From Bacilli bacterium (lineage in GTDB: Bacteria > Bacillota_I > Bacilli_A > RF39 > UBA660): a DNA stretch of 64,000 nt. The notes below the pieces were generated by a model. That model ran no database searches and was not told the DNA's origin. It worked only from the letters and a program-made list of their open reading frames with translations. This document shows positions 1 to 8,575 of this stretch, one piece after another. Position numbers and translations under genes: made by a program. Each line of letters opens with the position of its first letter. Within the stretch, counting starts at the first letter, position 1. The stretch is taken from contig JAFXOW010000059.1 of NCBI GenBank assembly GCA_017528315.1, positions 91,382-155,381 of the forward strand, read 5' to 3'.

Positions 1-1586
1 TTAATGGAGAAAAATTTTATTTAGATAAAGATAACAATTGGAGAGCATCTCTTGATAAAAAAGATATGAGGAAAATAAGTGTAAATTTTAATGTACCTTC
101 TTGGTGTAAAGGAGCCATGATATATCATATTTTTGTAGATAGATTCTATCGAAGTAACTGTGATAAATTAATTTCTAAAAAAAGAAAAAGTATTCATAAA
201 GATCTATTAGAAGAACCTTTAATTGGACCAGATAAGAATGGTATTTGGACTAATGATTTTTATGGAGGAGATTTAAAAGGAATAACTTTAAAACTCGATT
301 ATATAAAGAGTTTAGGTGTATCTATTATTTATTTAAGTCCTATTGTTGAAAGTCAATCTAATCATCGATATGATACAGGGGATTATTTAAAGGTTGATTC
401 CTATGCAGGAAGTATGGATGATTTAAAAACATTATGTAATGAAGCTCATAAATTAAATATAAGAATTATTTTGGATGGAGTATTTAATCATACGGGTAAT
501 GATAGTTTATATTTCAATGAATATCATTCCTATGATTCTTTTGGAGCTTATAACCATAAGAATTCTCTCTATCGTAAATTTTATAAAATGAATGCAGATA
601 ATTTTGAATATTGGTTTGGATTTAAAAATTTACCTGAGTGTGATTGTAATTCTTTAGAATGGCAAAATTTTATATGTGGTAAAGGGGGAGTCATAGATAC
701 TTGGTTTAGTATGGGAATAGATGGTTTAAGATTAGATGTTGCTGATGAGTTAAGTGATTCTTTTATAGAATTAGTAAGAAAGGCCTGTGAAAGAAATAAA
801 AAAGATGCTTTTATATATGGTGAAGTTTGGGAACAACCTATTTATAAAAATAGAAATTATATAATGTCAGGACATTCAATGCATTCTATTATGAATTATA
901 AGGGAATGGATGCTTTAATTAGATATTATAATTATGCTGATATAGAAAAATTAAAAAGTATTATTGATGAAATACTTGGTGAATACCCTAAAGAAACAAG
1001 AGATAGTTTGATGAATTCCTTATCTACTCACGATATATCAAGAATAATTACGATTTTAGGATGTCCTAAGTTATTTAATAATCTTAGTATATGGGCCTGG
1101 GATTTAAATAATTATGTTGATCAAGAATTTATAAAAAGTTTTAAATTAACCCAAGAAGAATATCAACTTGCTAAAAATAAATATTTATCTTATTTATTAG
1201 CAATCGGATTTTTACCTGGAAATTTAACAATATTTTATGGTGATGAGGTAGGTTTGCAAGGATTAGGAAATTTACAAAACAGAAGATATTTTCCTTGGAA
1301 TAATATTGATACAGAAATCTTAAATCAAGTAAAAAAAATAGGAAGTATTAGAAATAAAAATATTTTTTTAAAAGAGGCTTTTCTTAGAGTACTTGATATT
1401 AATAATAATTATTTTATGTATGAAAGATATAATGATAGGGATAAATTATTAGTATGTGCTAATAGAAGTAATGAAGAAGTAGCTATTAATATACCAAGAG
1501 AATATAATAATAAAGTATTATCTTTAAAAAAATCAAATAATAAATTATTAACTCCTTATGGTGGAATAGTTATGAAAAATAATTAA
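1..1586 (+). CDS. GH13 alpha-amylase-family glycoside hydrolase (neopullulanase/cyclomaltodextrinase-like), probably 5'-partial
   Basis: ORF 66..1586. The same frame stays open back to base 3, so the true start may lie upstream of the window. GH13 conserved regions are visible: DGVFNHTG (I), GLRLDVADE (II), YGEVWE (III), LSTHD (IV). Confidence 0.85.
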   Translation, partial: NGEKFYLDKDNNWRASLDKKDMRKISVNFNVPSWCKGAMIYHIFVDRFYRSNCDKLISKKRKSIHKDLLEEPLIGPDKNGIWTNDFYGGDLKGITLKLDYIKSLGVSIIYLSPIVESQSNHRYDTGDYLKVDSYAGSMDDLKTLCNEAHKLNIRIILDGVFNHTGNDSLYFNEYHSYDSFGAYNHKNSLYRKFYKMNADNFEYWFGFKNLPECDCNSLEWQNFICGKGGVIDTWFSMGIDGLRLDVADELSDSFIELVRKACERNKKDAFIYGEVWEQPIYKNRNYIMSGHSMHSIMNYKGMDALIRYYNYADIEKLKSIIDEILGEYPKETRDSLMNSLSTHDISRIITILGCPKLFNNLSIWAWDLNNYVDQEFIKSFKLTQEEYQLAKNKYLSYLLAIGFLPGNLTIFYGDEVGLQGLGNLQNRRYFPWNNIDTEILNQVKKIGSIRNKNIFLKEAFLRVLDINNNYFMYERYNDRDKLLVCANRSNEEVAINIPREYNNKVLSLKKSNNKLLTPYGGIVMKNN

Positions 1587-1590
1587 ATAT

Positions 1591-1624
1591 AAAAAACTAA
1601 TTGAACATAAAATCAATTAGTTTT
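1591..1624. terminator. Bidirectional intrinsic terminator between convergent genes
   Basis: Stem CTAATTGA (1597-1604) / TCAATTAG (1613-1620), flanked by an A-run on the left and a T-run on the right. Confidence 0.6.
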
Positions 1625-1628
1625 AAAC

Positions 1629-2186
1629 TTATAATCCTTCATTTTTATACATTTCGTATAGTTCTTTAAATCTTTGAAAGTGAACTATTTCTCTTTGACG
1701 AAGCCATAGAAGTGGTCCTAAAACATCTGGGTCATTAGTTAAGTCAATTAAATTTTCATATGTTGCACGTGCTTTTTGTTCGGCTGCCATATCTTCCATT
1801 AAGTCGGCTTTAGCGTCTCCTGTAGTTGCAAAGTAGGCAACTGTAAATGGAACGCCATTGGCATCTGTTGGATATAAGCCCTTTCCGTGTTCTGCATAAT
1901 GAGAATCAAGTCCAGCTTCTTTAATTTCTTTTAAAGTTGCATCTTTCATTAATTGATAAATCATCGTTGAAATTATTTCAACATGAGCTAGTTCTTCTGT
2001 ACCAATATCAGTTAGTAAAGCTTTACCACGATTATCAGGCATAGTATAACGTTGATTTAAATATCTAAAAGCTGCAGCAAGTTCACCATTAGCTCCACCA
2101 TATTGAGTAACCAACAATTTAGCTAGTTTAATATCTTTAGTTTTAATATTTACAGGATACTGTAATCTTTTTTCATATTTCCACAT
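1629..2186 (-). CDS. cotJC: Spore coat protein CotJC (manganese-catalase/ferritin-like family)
   Basis: Start moved to the internal MWKYEKRLQYPV, the typical CotJC N-terminus. Di-metal ligand segments EELAHVE and EQKARATYE are present. It lies directly downstream of a cotJB-like gene. Confidence 0.85.
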   Translation of the reverse strand: MWKYEKRLQYPVNIKTKDIKLAKLLVTQYGGANGELAAAFRYLNQRYTMPDNRGKALLTDIGTEELAHVEIISTMIYQLMKDATLKEIKEAGLDSHYAEHGKGLYPTDANGVPFTVAYFATTGDAKADLMEDMAAEQKARATYENLIDLTNDPDVLGPLLWLRQREIVHFQRFKELYEMYKNEGL

Positions 2187-2187
2187 A

Positions 2188-2631
2188 CTACATCTCCCAT
2201 GGCCACTTATCATTTTCCCAAGCAAAAGGAATATTATTCATATCACCTGAAGTAATTTCTATCGGACCAAATCTCCTTTCATAATTTTGAATAGCTTTTT
2301 CTTCCATTTCTCTAAAATGATTAAATGTTTTTAAAGCTTGGTTGTTATTTGGATAATTATCAAGTAGTAAATTCATTTCATGGCGTGCAAATGATAATTC
2401 ATTAACATTTAATAATAACTCATCTTGTTCATTATTTATATTTATTTTCCTAGGCTCATAATTTTTATAACCTTGGTATAAATTTTTAAATAGATTACCT
2501 TTTATATATCCAAGATAGGTACCGAATATTTTAGAATTTAATTCATGATTGGTTATATCATTTTCATTCATGTTATTAGAATCATTTATATTTGTAAAGT
2601 AATTTATTTCATCAAATGTATCAAAATTCAT
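2188..2631 (-). CDS. cotJB: CotJB-like spore coat-associated protein with N-terminal extension
   Basis: The C-terminal part (ELLLNVNELSFARHEMNLLLDNYPNN...YERRFGPI...WPWE) matches the CotJB pattern. The start was chosen at MNFDTF, preceded by GGAGGA. Its stop lies 1 nt before the cotJC start. Confidence 0.65.
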   Translation of the reverse strand: MNFDTFDEINYFTNINDSNNMNENDITNHELNSKIFGTYLGYIKGNLFKNLYQGYKNYEPRKININNEQDELLLNVNELSFARHEMNLLLDNYPNNNQALKTFNHFREMEEKAIQNYERRFGPIEITSGDMNNIPFAWENDKWPWEM

Positions 2632-2796
2632 TTTTTCCTCCTCTATATAATTTATTTGTTCTAAGTATTTTGTATTAGAACAAAAGCCTATCTTTTGAAT
2701 TTTTTTACGCTTTTGCATATAATTTTACATGTAAATATTAATGTCAATTTGATTTGAATTTAGATATATGTTATAATTTATATGCAAGGAGAAATT

Positions 2797-3564
2797 ATGA
2801 ATAAAATTTTAAGTAATATATTTAAAGGGCTACTAGTAGCATTGGTAGTAGTAGTTATAGGAGGATTTACTTTTTTAAATATCAAAGGATCTCCTAATAC
2901 ATCGATGATTTTAATTTCGTCAAGTATAGTTAATTCTCTTAATACAGATGAGAAGAAGACTGAAGAAATAGAAGTTTTGGAAGACGAAAATTTAGAAGAA
3001 ACAGAAGCTAAAACGGAAGAAAAAATTGAAGAGACTACTTTAGTTACGGAAGAAGAAAAGGTAGAGGAAGCACCTAAAGAGGAAGTTGTTGAGCATAAAG
3101 AAGAAGTTGTAGAACCAGTTCAAGAAACTAATGCTTCTTCTCAAAGTACTCAAACACCAAGCCCTAATGGAACATATTCACCTAATACAGATGCAGCAAA
3201 TGGAGCTAGTAATAATACATTTCAAGGTTATATGACTGCATATGGTCCAGATTGTTATGGATGTTATGGTTCAGCAACGGCTATGGGTGATTACGTAGGA
3301 GAAGGTAATATTTATTATAATCATCCTACTTATGGAAATATAAGAATTGTTGCTGGAGATAGAAGTATTTTAAATAAAGTTGTAAGAATAACTGGTGTTA
3401 ACTTATACTCTGAACCAGTAATTGCAATTGTTCGTGATACTGGAGGAGATATTGGATTTAATAAACCAAAAGGAATTGTGCTAGATTTATTATTTCCAAG
3501 TGAATATACACCAGAAGCTGCTAATTTTGGAAAACAATGGGTAACTGTTGAAATACTTAATTAA
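2797..3564 (+). CDS. Membrane-anchored 3D-domain (RlpA-like double-psi beta-barrel) cell-wall protein
   Basis: N-terminal TM helix, then an E/K-rich low-complexity linker, then a C-terminal 3D-like segment (MTAYGPDCYGC...IVAGDRSIL...AIVRDTGGDIG). The start at MNKIL is preceded by AGGAGA. Confidence 0.7.
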   Translation: MNKILSNIFKGLLVALVVVVIGGFTFLNIKGSPNTSMILISSSIVNSLNTDEKKTEEIEVLEDENLEETEAKTEEKIEETTLVTEEEKVEEAPKEEVVEHKEEVVEPVQETNASSQSTQTPSPNGTYSPNTDAANGASNNTFQGYMTAYGPDCYGCYGSATAMGDYVGEGNIYYNHPTYGNIRIVAGDRSILNKVVRITGVNLYSEPVIAIVRDTGGDIGFNKPKGIVLDLLFPSEYTPEAANFGKQWVTVEILN

Positions 3565-3832
3565 AATAATTTTGATATTTAGATCTATAATCTAAAAAGA
3601 GATTATAGATTTTTTTTAGTTTTTCTTCTTCTATATAATCTTTAGCTTTTTTAAATACTTTATCATAATTATCACTTAATAAAGTTTTATAATCATTTTT
3701 AATAACATTGTAGATATAATTTATTTCTTTACTATTTAATAAAATATTATTTTTGTTACTAAACAGAATGATATCTTTTATAGTTAATTTATTTATATAA
3801 TTTTCTAAAATAGATAAAAACATATAATTCAC
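3557..3832 (-). CDS. Hypothetical small protein (91 aa)
   Basis: ORF only. Composition is coding-like. It is convergent with the 3D-domain gene and overlaps it by 8 nt. No motif recognised. Confidence 0.4.
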   Translation of the reverse strand: MNYMFLSILENYINKLTIKDIILFSNKNNILLNSKEINYIYNVIKNDYKTLLSDNYDKVFKKAKDYIEEEKLKKIYNLFLDYRSKYQNYFN

Positions 3833-3881
3833 CTAGTTAATATTATTCATAAAAGTTAAAAAAATACAAATAATAAAATAG

Positions 3882-5843
3882 GTGATTAATTTGAGACGAA
3901 AAATTAATTTTTTGACTATTTTAATATATTTATTTTTTTTAATAATAGGTATTAGACTTTTTTATTTACAAATTATAAAACATGATTATTATGAAGAAAA
4001 ATTAAAAGCTATAAATGAAAAAATCATTTATGGTGATAGTAGTCCAAGAGGAAAAATATATGATCGAAATGGTAAAGTAATTGTCGATAATAAATTAGTT
4101 CCAACTATTTATTTTAAAAATAATCAAAAGTTGAATAATAAAGAATTAATTAATTTAGCAAATGATGTAAGTGAACATTTGGAACTTGATTATAGTAAAT
4201 TAACAACATCATATATTAAAGATTTTTATTTAATAGAACATGAAGATGATATATTAAAATTAATTAGTAAAGAAGATATAGAAAAATATAAAAGTCATAA
4301 AATAAGTAGTAGGGATTATTATAATTTAAAAAAAAGTTTAATAAGTGATGATGATATAAGTAAATATAGTGAAGAAGATAAAAAAGTAATTTATTTATAT
4401 TATTTAATGACTAATGGTTATTATTATGATGATAAAATTATTAAAACTAATGCAAGTGATGTGGAATTTGCTTATTTTTCTGAAAGTAACGAAAAGTTAA
4501 ATGGTTTTAATACCAAATATACTTATGAAAGAAATTATATTTATGGAAATAATTTAAAAAGTATTTTAGGAAGTATTGGTCAAATTACTGCTACAGATAA
4601 AGATTATTATTTGAATAAAGGTTATAGTTTAAATGATAAAGTAGGATTATCTTATTTAGAATATATGTATGATGATTATTTAAAAGGAAAGAAAGATATT
4701 TATAAATTAGATGGAGGGAATTTAATAAAAGTTAAAGATGGAGAATGTGGCAATGATTTATATTTAACAATTGATATGGATATTCAAAATATGATTAATG
4801 AAGTATTGGAAACAGAAATAAAAAATGCTAAAGGAAATATAAATACTAAATATTTTGATAAGAGTTATGTAACGATAAGTAATCCAAATAATGGTGATAT
4901 TTTAGCAATATCAGGTAAGGTTTACAATAATGGAAATATTACTGATAATACTCTTGGAGCAGTAATGGACTCAATGGTTTCGGGAAGTGTTGTTAAAGGA
5001 GCAAGTATTTTAGTTGGATATAATGAAGGTAAACTTAAAATAGGTGAATATATGGTTGATGAATGTATGAAATTAAAAGGGACTAAACAAAAGTGTTCCA
5101 TTATTACGATGGGATATGTTAATGATTTAGATGCTATTAGACGAAGTAGTAATATTTATCAATTTAAAATAGCTTTAAGAGTTGCTGGAGTTAATTATAG
5201 TTATGATGGTCCAGCTTATGTTGATAGTAAATCTTTTGAAACTTATCGAAAATATTTAGGTTTATTTGGTTTAGGAGAAAAAACCGGAATAGATTTAGAA
5301 AGAGAATCAACAGGTATTAAAGGAAAATTAGAAAATGCGGGATTACTCATGAATCTTTCGATTGGTCAATATGATAGTTATACTAATATAGAGCTTAATC
5401 AATATATTGCTACTCTTGCTAATGGAAGTAATCGTTATAGTTTACATTTTTTAAAAGAAATAAAAAAGAAGGATGAAGTTGTTAAAACTTATGAACCTGT
5501 TATTTTAAATACTTTAGAATCAATTGATAAAAAATATATTGATCGAGTTAAACTTGGATTAAGACAAGTTATAACTAATGGAACCGGTCGAGGTTATATA
5601 GATGAAATAAAACATGCAAGTGGTAAAACAGGAACCAGTGAAACGTTTGTTGATACAAATGGAGATGGTATTTATGAAACAGAATCTATTTCAACAGCTT
5701 TTGTTTCGTATTTCCCAACTGATAATCCTAAATATGCTATTTCTATCACTTCACCAAATATTAGTTATGTAAATAGTTATAGCAGTTATATTTATCCTTT
5801 TAATAAAATAGTAATTAGAAAAATAACAGATAATTTGAATTAA
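3882..5843 (+). CDS. Class B penicillin-binding protein (transpeptidase, PBP2/SpoVD-like)
   Basis: N-terminal TM anchor and a PBP dimerisation region. The transpeptidase motifs are present in the correct order: SxxK (SVVK), SxN (SSN) and KTGT. Confidence 0.85.
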   Translation: MINLRRKINFLTILIYLFFLIIGIRLFYLQIIKHDYYEEKLKAINEKIIYGDSSPRGKIYDRNGKVIVDNKLVPTIYFKNNQKLNNKELINLANDVSEHLELDYSKLTTSYIKDFYLIEHEDDILKLISKEDIEKYKSHKISSRDYYNLKKSLISDDDISKYSEEDKKVIYLYYLMTNGYYYDDKIIKTNASDVEFAYFSESNEKLNGFNTKYTYERNYIYGNNLKSILGSIGQITATDKDYYLNKGYSLNDKVGLSYLEYMYDDYLKGKKDIYKLDGGNLIKVKDGECGNDLYLTIDMDIQNMINEVLETEIKNAKGNINTKYFDKSYVTISNPNNGDILAISGKVYNNGNITDNTLGAVMDSMVSGSVVKGASILVGYNEGKLKIGEYMVDECMKLKGTKQKCSIITMGYVNDLDAIRRSSNIYQFKIALRVAGVNYSYDGPAYVDSKSFETYRKYLGLFGLGEKTGIDLERESTGIKGKLENAGLLMNLSIGQYDSYTNIELNQYIATLANGSNRYSLHFLKEIKKKDEVVKTYEPVILNTLESIDKKYIDRVKLGLRQVITNGTGRGYIDEIKHASGKTGTSETFVDTNGDGIYETESISTAFVSYFPTDNPKYAISITSPNISYVNSYSSYIYPFNKIVIRKITDNLN

Positions 5844-5849
5844 AAATAA

Positions 5850-6794
5850 TTATTTAGTAATTTTATTAATAAATTTTTCAAAAATATTAATAAATGGATA
5901 AAAAATAATTATCGATAAAAAGTTAAATAAAGTATGGATTAAGGCTATAGAAAGAGAATTTACTTTATAATAAAGAAATTTAAAATTTAAATATTTTGAA
6001 ATATAAAAAATAATTATAAATATAATTGTTCCAATTATATTATAAAATAAATGACTATACGCAACTTTTCGAGCATTTTTACAAGTACCAATACTAGCTA
6101 TTATAGTAGTAATACAGCTTCCTATATTTTCGCCCAAGATAATGGGAATAGCCATATAATAGTTTATTGTACTTTTAATAGAAATTGCTTGTAAAATAGC
6201 AACTGTAGCACTGGAAGATTGAACTAGACAAGTTGTAACTAATCCAATTAAAAGACCTAATAAAGGACTATTTAAGGATTCAATTATATCTTTAAATATT
6301 TTATAGTCCTTTAATAAATTTAAATTAGTTCCAATCATAGATAAGCCAAAGATAAAAAGAGAATATCCAATTAAAAGATTACTTAATCTTTTTTTCTTTT
6401 TAAAATAAAAAATTAAACCTATTAATAAGAGAAAAGGACTATAAGTATTAATATTTAGATATGGTGAAATATTAGTAGTATCAAAACTTAAAAGAGAAGT
6501 AATCCAAGACGTAATACAAGTTCCTAAATTAGCTCCCATCATAATACCAATAGAATTATGAAAAGATAAAACATTTTGATTAACCAGTCCTACGGTAATA
6601 GAAGTAATAATACTTGATGATTGAATTAAAGCGGTTACAATAGTGCCTAAAATAATACCTCTTTTAGCACTTTTGGTATAATGTTCTAAAACTAATTTTA
6701 TTTTACTTTGAATATTGCCAAAACTAGTAGAAAAAAGTTGTAATCCATAAATAAATAAACAAGTACTTAAAATAAAATTTAATAAAATTTTCAT
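5850..6794 (-). CDS. Na+/phosphate cotransporter-family membrane protein (short form without PhoU-like tail)
   Basis: Polytopic membrane protein. It carries the duplicated QSSS motif typical of Na/Pi cotransporter II-related proteins (LIQSSSIITSITVGL and LVQSSSATVAILQAI). Confidence 0.7.
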   Translation of the reverse strand: MKILLNFILSTCLFIYGLQLFSTSFGNIQSKIKLVLEHYTKSAKRGIILGTIVTALIQSSSIITSITVGLVNQNVLSFHNSIGIMMGANLGTCITSWITSLLSFDTTNISPYLNINTYSPFLLLIGLIFYFKKKKRLSNLLIGYSLFIFGLSMIGTNLNLLKDYKIFKDIIESLNSPLLGLLIGLVTTCLVQSSSATVAILQAISIKSTINYYMAIPIILGENIGSCITTIIASIGTCKNARKVAYSHLFYNIIGTIIFIIIFYISKYLNFKFLYYKVNSLSIALIHTLFNFLSIIIFYPFINIFEKFINKITK

Positions 6795-6940
6795 AATATT
6801 AAATATTCTAAAAATTTAAAAAAATGATAAAAATATAAAAGTTTATTAAATTAATAAATTTATTTGTTATTATAAATATAATTTTATAAAAATAATTTAC
6901 TTATTTTGTTTCCCGTGATAAAATTAAAAATGAAAGAAAG

Positions 6941-7906
6941 ATGATAGATATGAAAGAAACAACCGTTGTATTTATGGGAACTCCTGAATTTGCTGTGCCA
7001 ATTTTAGAAGCATTAATAAAAAATACTAAAGTAATTGGAGTTGTTACTCAACCTGATAAAGTTGTTGGAAGAAAGCAAGAGATTACTTTTTCACCAATAA
7101 AAAAGCTCGCCATAGCAAATAATATTAAAGTATTACAACCAGAAAAAATAAGAAATGAATATCAAGATATTTTAAATTTAAAACCAGATATAATTATTAC
7201 CTGTGCTTATGGGCAAATTATACCTAAAGAGATACTTGAATATCCTAAATATAAGTGTATAAATGTTCATGCATCTCTTCTTCCTAAATTAAGAGGTGGT
7301 GCTCCTATTCATCATGCAATAATAGATGGATATAGTAAAACTGGTATTACTATAATGTATATGGATATAGGAATGGATTCTGGAGATATTATTTCTCAAG
7401 AAGAGACTATAATAACGGATCAAGATACAGTTTCAAGCCTTCACGATAGATTAAGTTTAATGGGAAGAGATTTACTTATTAAAACTTTACCTAGTATTAT
7501 AGATGGTACTAACAAAAGAATTAAACAAGATTTGAAAGAAGTAACTTTTGGATATAATATAACAAGAGATGAAGAATTAATAGATTTTTCTAAATTAAAA
7601 AGAGAAATATTTAATCAAATAAGAGGACTAAATTCTTTTCCTGGTGCTTATTTTATCTTAAATAATAAAACCGTTAAAGTATATCAAACTGAAATAAGTG
7701 ATGATATGAGTTATAAGAATGAAGAAAATGGAACAATTGTGAAACTTGATAAAAGTGGTTTATATATAAAAGTAACAGATGGACTTATAATTATTAAAGA
7801 ATTAAAATTTGAAGGTAAAAAAAGAATGAAGATAATTGATTTTATAAACGGAAATAAAGAAAATTTAATTGGAATTATTTGTAATAGGAGTAGTAATGAA
7901 AAATAA
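6941..7906 (+). CDS. fmt: Methionyl-tRNA formyltransferase
   Basis: VVFMGTPEFAVPILEAL N-terminus and HASLLPKLRGGAPIHHAI formyltransferase motif, followed by the C-terminal Fmt domain. An alternative start is at 6950 (MKETT). Confidence 0.9.
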   Translation: MIDMKETTVVFMGTPEFAVPILEALIKNTKVIGVVTQPDKVVGRKQEITFSPIKKLAIANNIKVLQPEKIRNEYQDILNLKPDIIITCAYGQIIPKEILEYPKYKCINVHASLLPKLRGGAPIHHAIIDGYSKTGITIMYMDIGMDSGDIISQEETIITDQDTVSSLHDRLSLMGRDLLIKTLPSIIDGTNKRIKQDLKEVTFGYNITRDEELIDFSKLKREIFNQIRGLNSFPGAYFILNNKTVKVYQTEISDDMSYKNEENGTIVKLDKSGLYIKVTDGLIIIKELKFEGKKRMKIIDFINGNKENLIGIICNRSSNEK

Positions 7907-8573
7907 TAATCAAAAAAATAAAGATATTAATATTAAAACAATTTGGAAAGCATTTCGTTCGGAAAAAGGAAGAAAATTATCTTTTGTAATATTTTATATT
8001 TTCTTTTTTATCTTTCTATTTATCTTTTTTCGTACCAATACTTCAAATAATACAACACCTAATAATAAAGAATTGGAAACAAGTTTACCATTTGTAACAA
8101 GTACCTTAGAAAAAAATGATTACACTTTTAAATATATAGTTAATTCTAATTCTAATGAACTTTTATATTTAGTAAATAAAAAGAGTAATAGCATTATAGT
8201 TAATGATGATACTGGAACATTTGAATATACATATAAAAATGGTGTTTTAACAACAAATGATTTAAAAAAAGTTATACATTCAGAATTACTTAGTATTTAT
8301 GAACTAAAAAGAATTATTAAAAGTAGTAAATTAGTATCGGAAACTAAATTAAATGAAACTAATGAATATCTTTATACTTATAAAATTATGAATAGTGATT
8401 TAAGTAATATATTATTAGATACAATAACAAATGGTGATAAGGAAAATGAAATAATAGTAAAAACTAATAGCAATAAAGAAATTAAAGAAATTAATTTAGA
8501 TTTAATAAATTATGAAAAAGAAATAAATAATGATCTAAGTAGTTTTAACATTACAATAATAATGGGTGAGTGA
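7896..8573 (+). CDS. Hypothetical membrane-anchored protein
   Basis: The start at MKNNNQ is preceded by AGGAG. There is one TM helix (LSFVIFYIFFFIFLFIFF). No conserved motif recognised. Confidence 0.5.
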   Translation: MKNNNQKNKDINIKTIWKAFRSEKGRKLSFVIFYIFFFIFLFIFFRTNTSNNTTPNNKELETSLPFVTSTLEKNDYTFKYIVNSNSNELLYLVNKKSNSIIVNDDTGTFEYTYKNGVLTTNDLKKVIHSELLSIYELKRIIKSSKLVSETKLNETNEYLYTYKIMNSDLSNILLDTITNGDKENEIIVKTNSNKEIKEINLDLINYEKEINNDLSSFNITIIMGE

Positions 8574-8575
8574 TA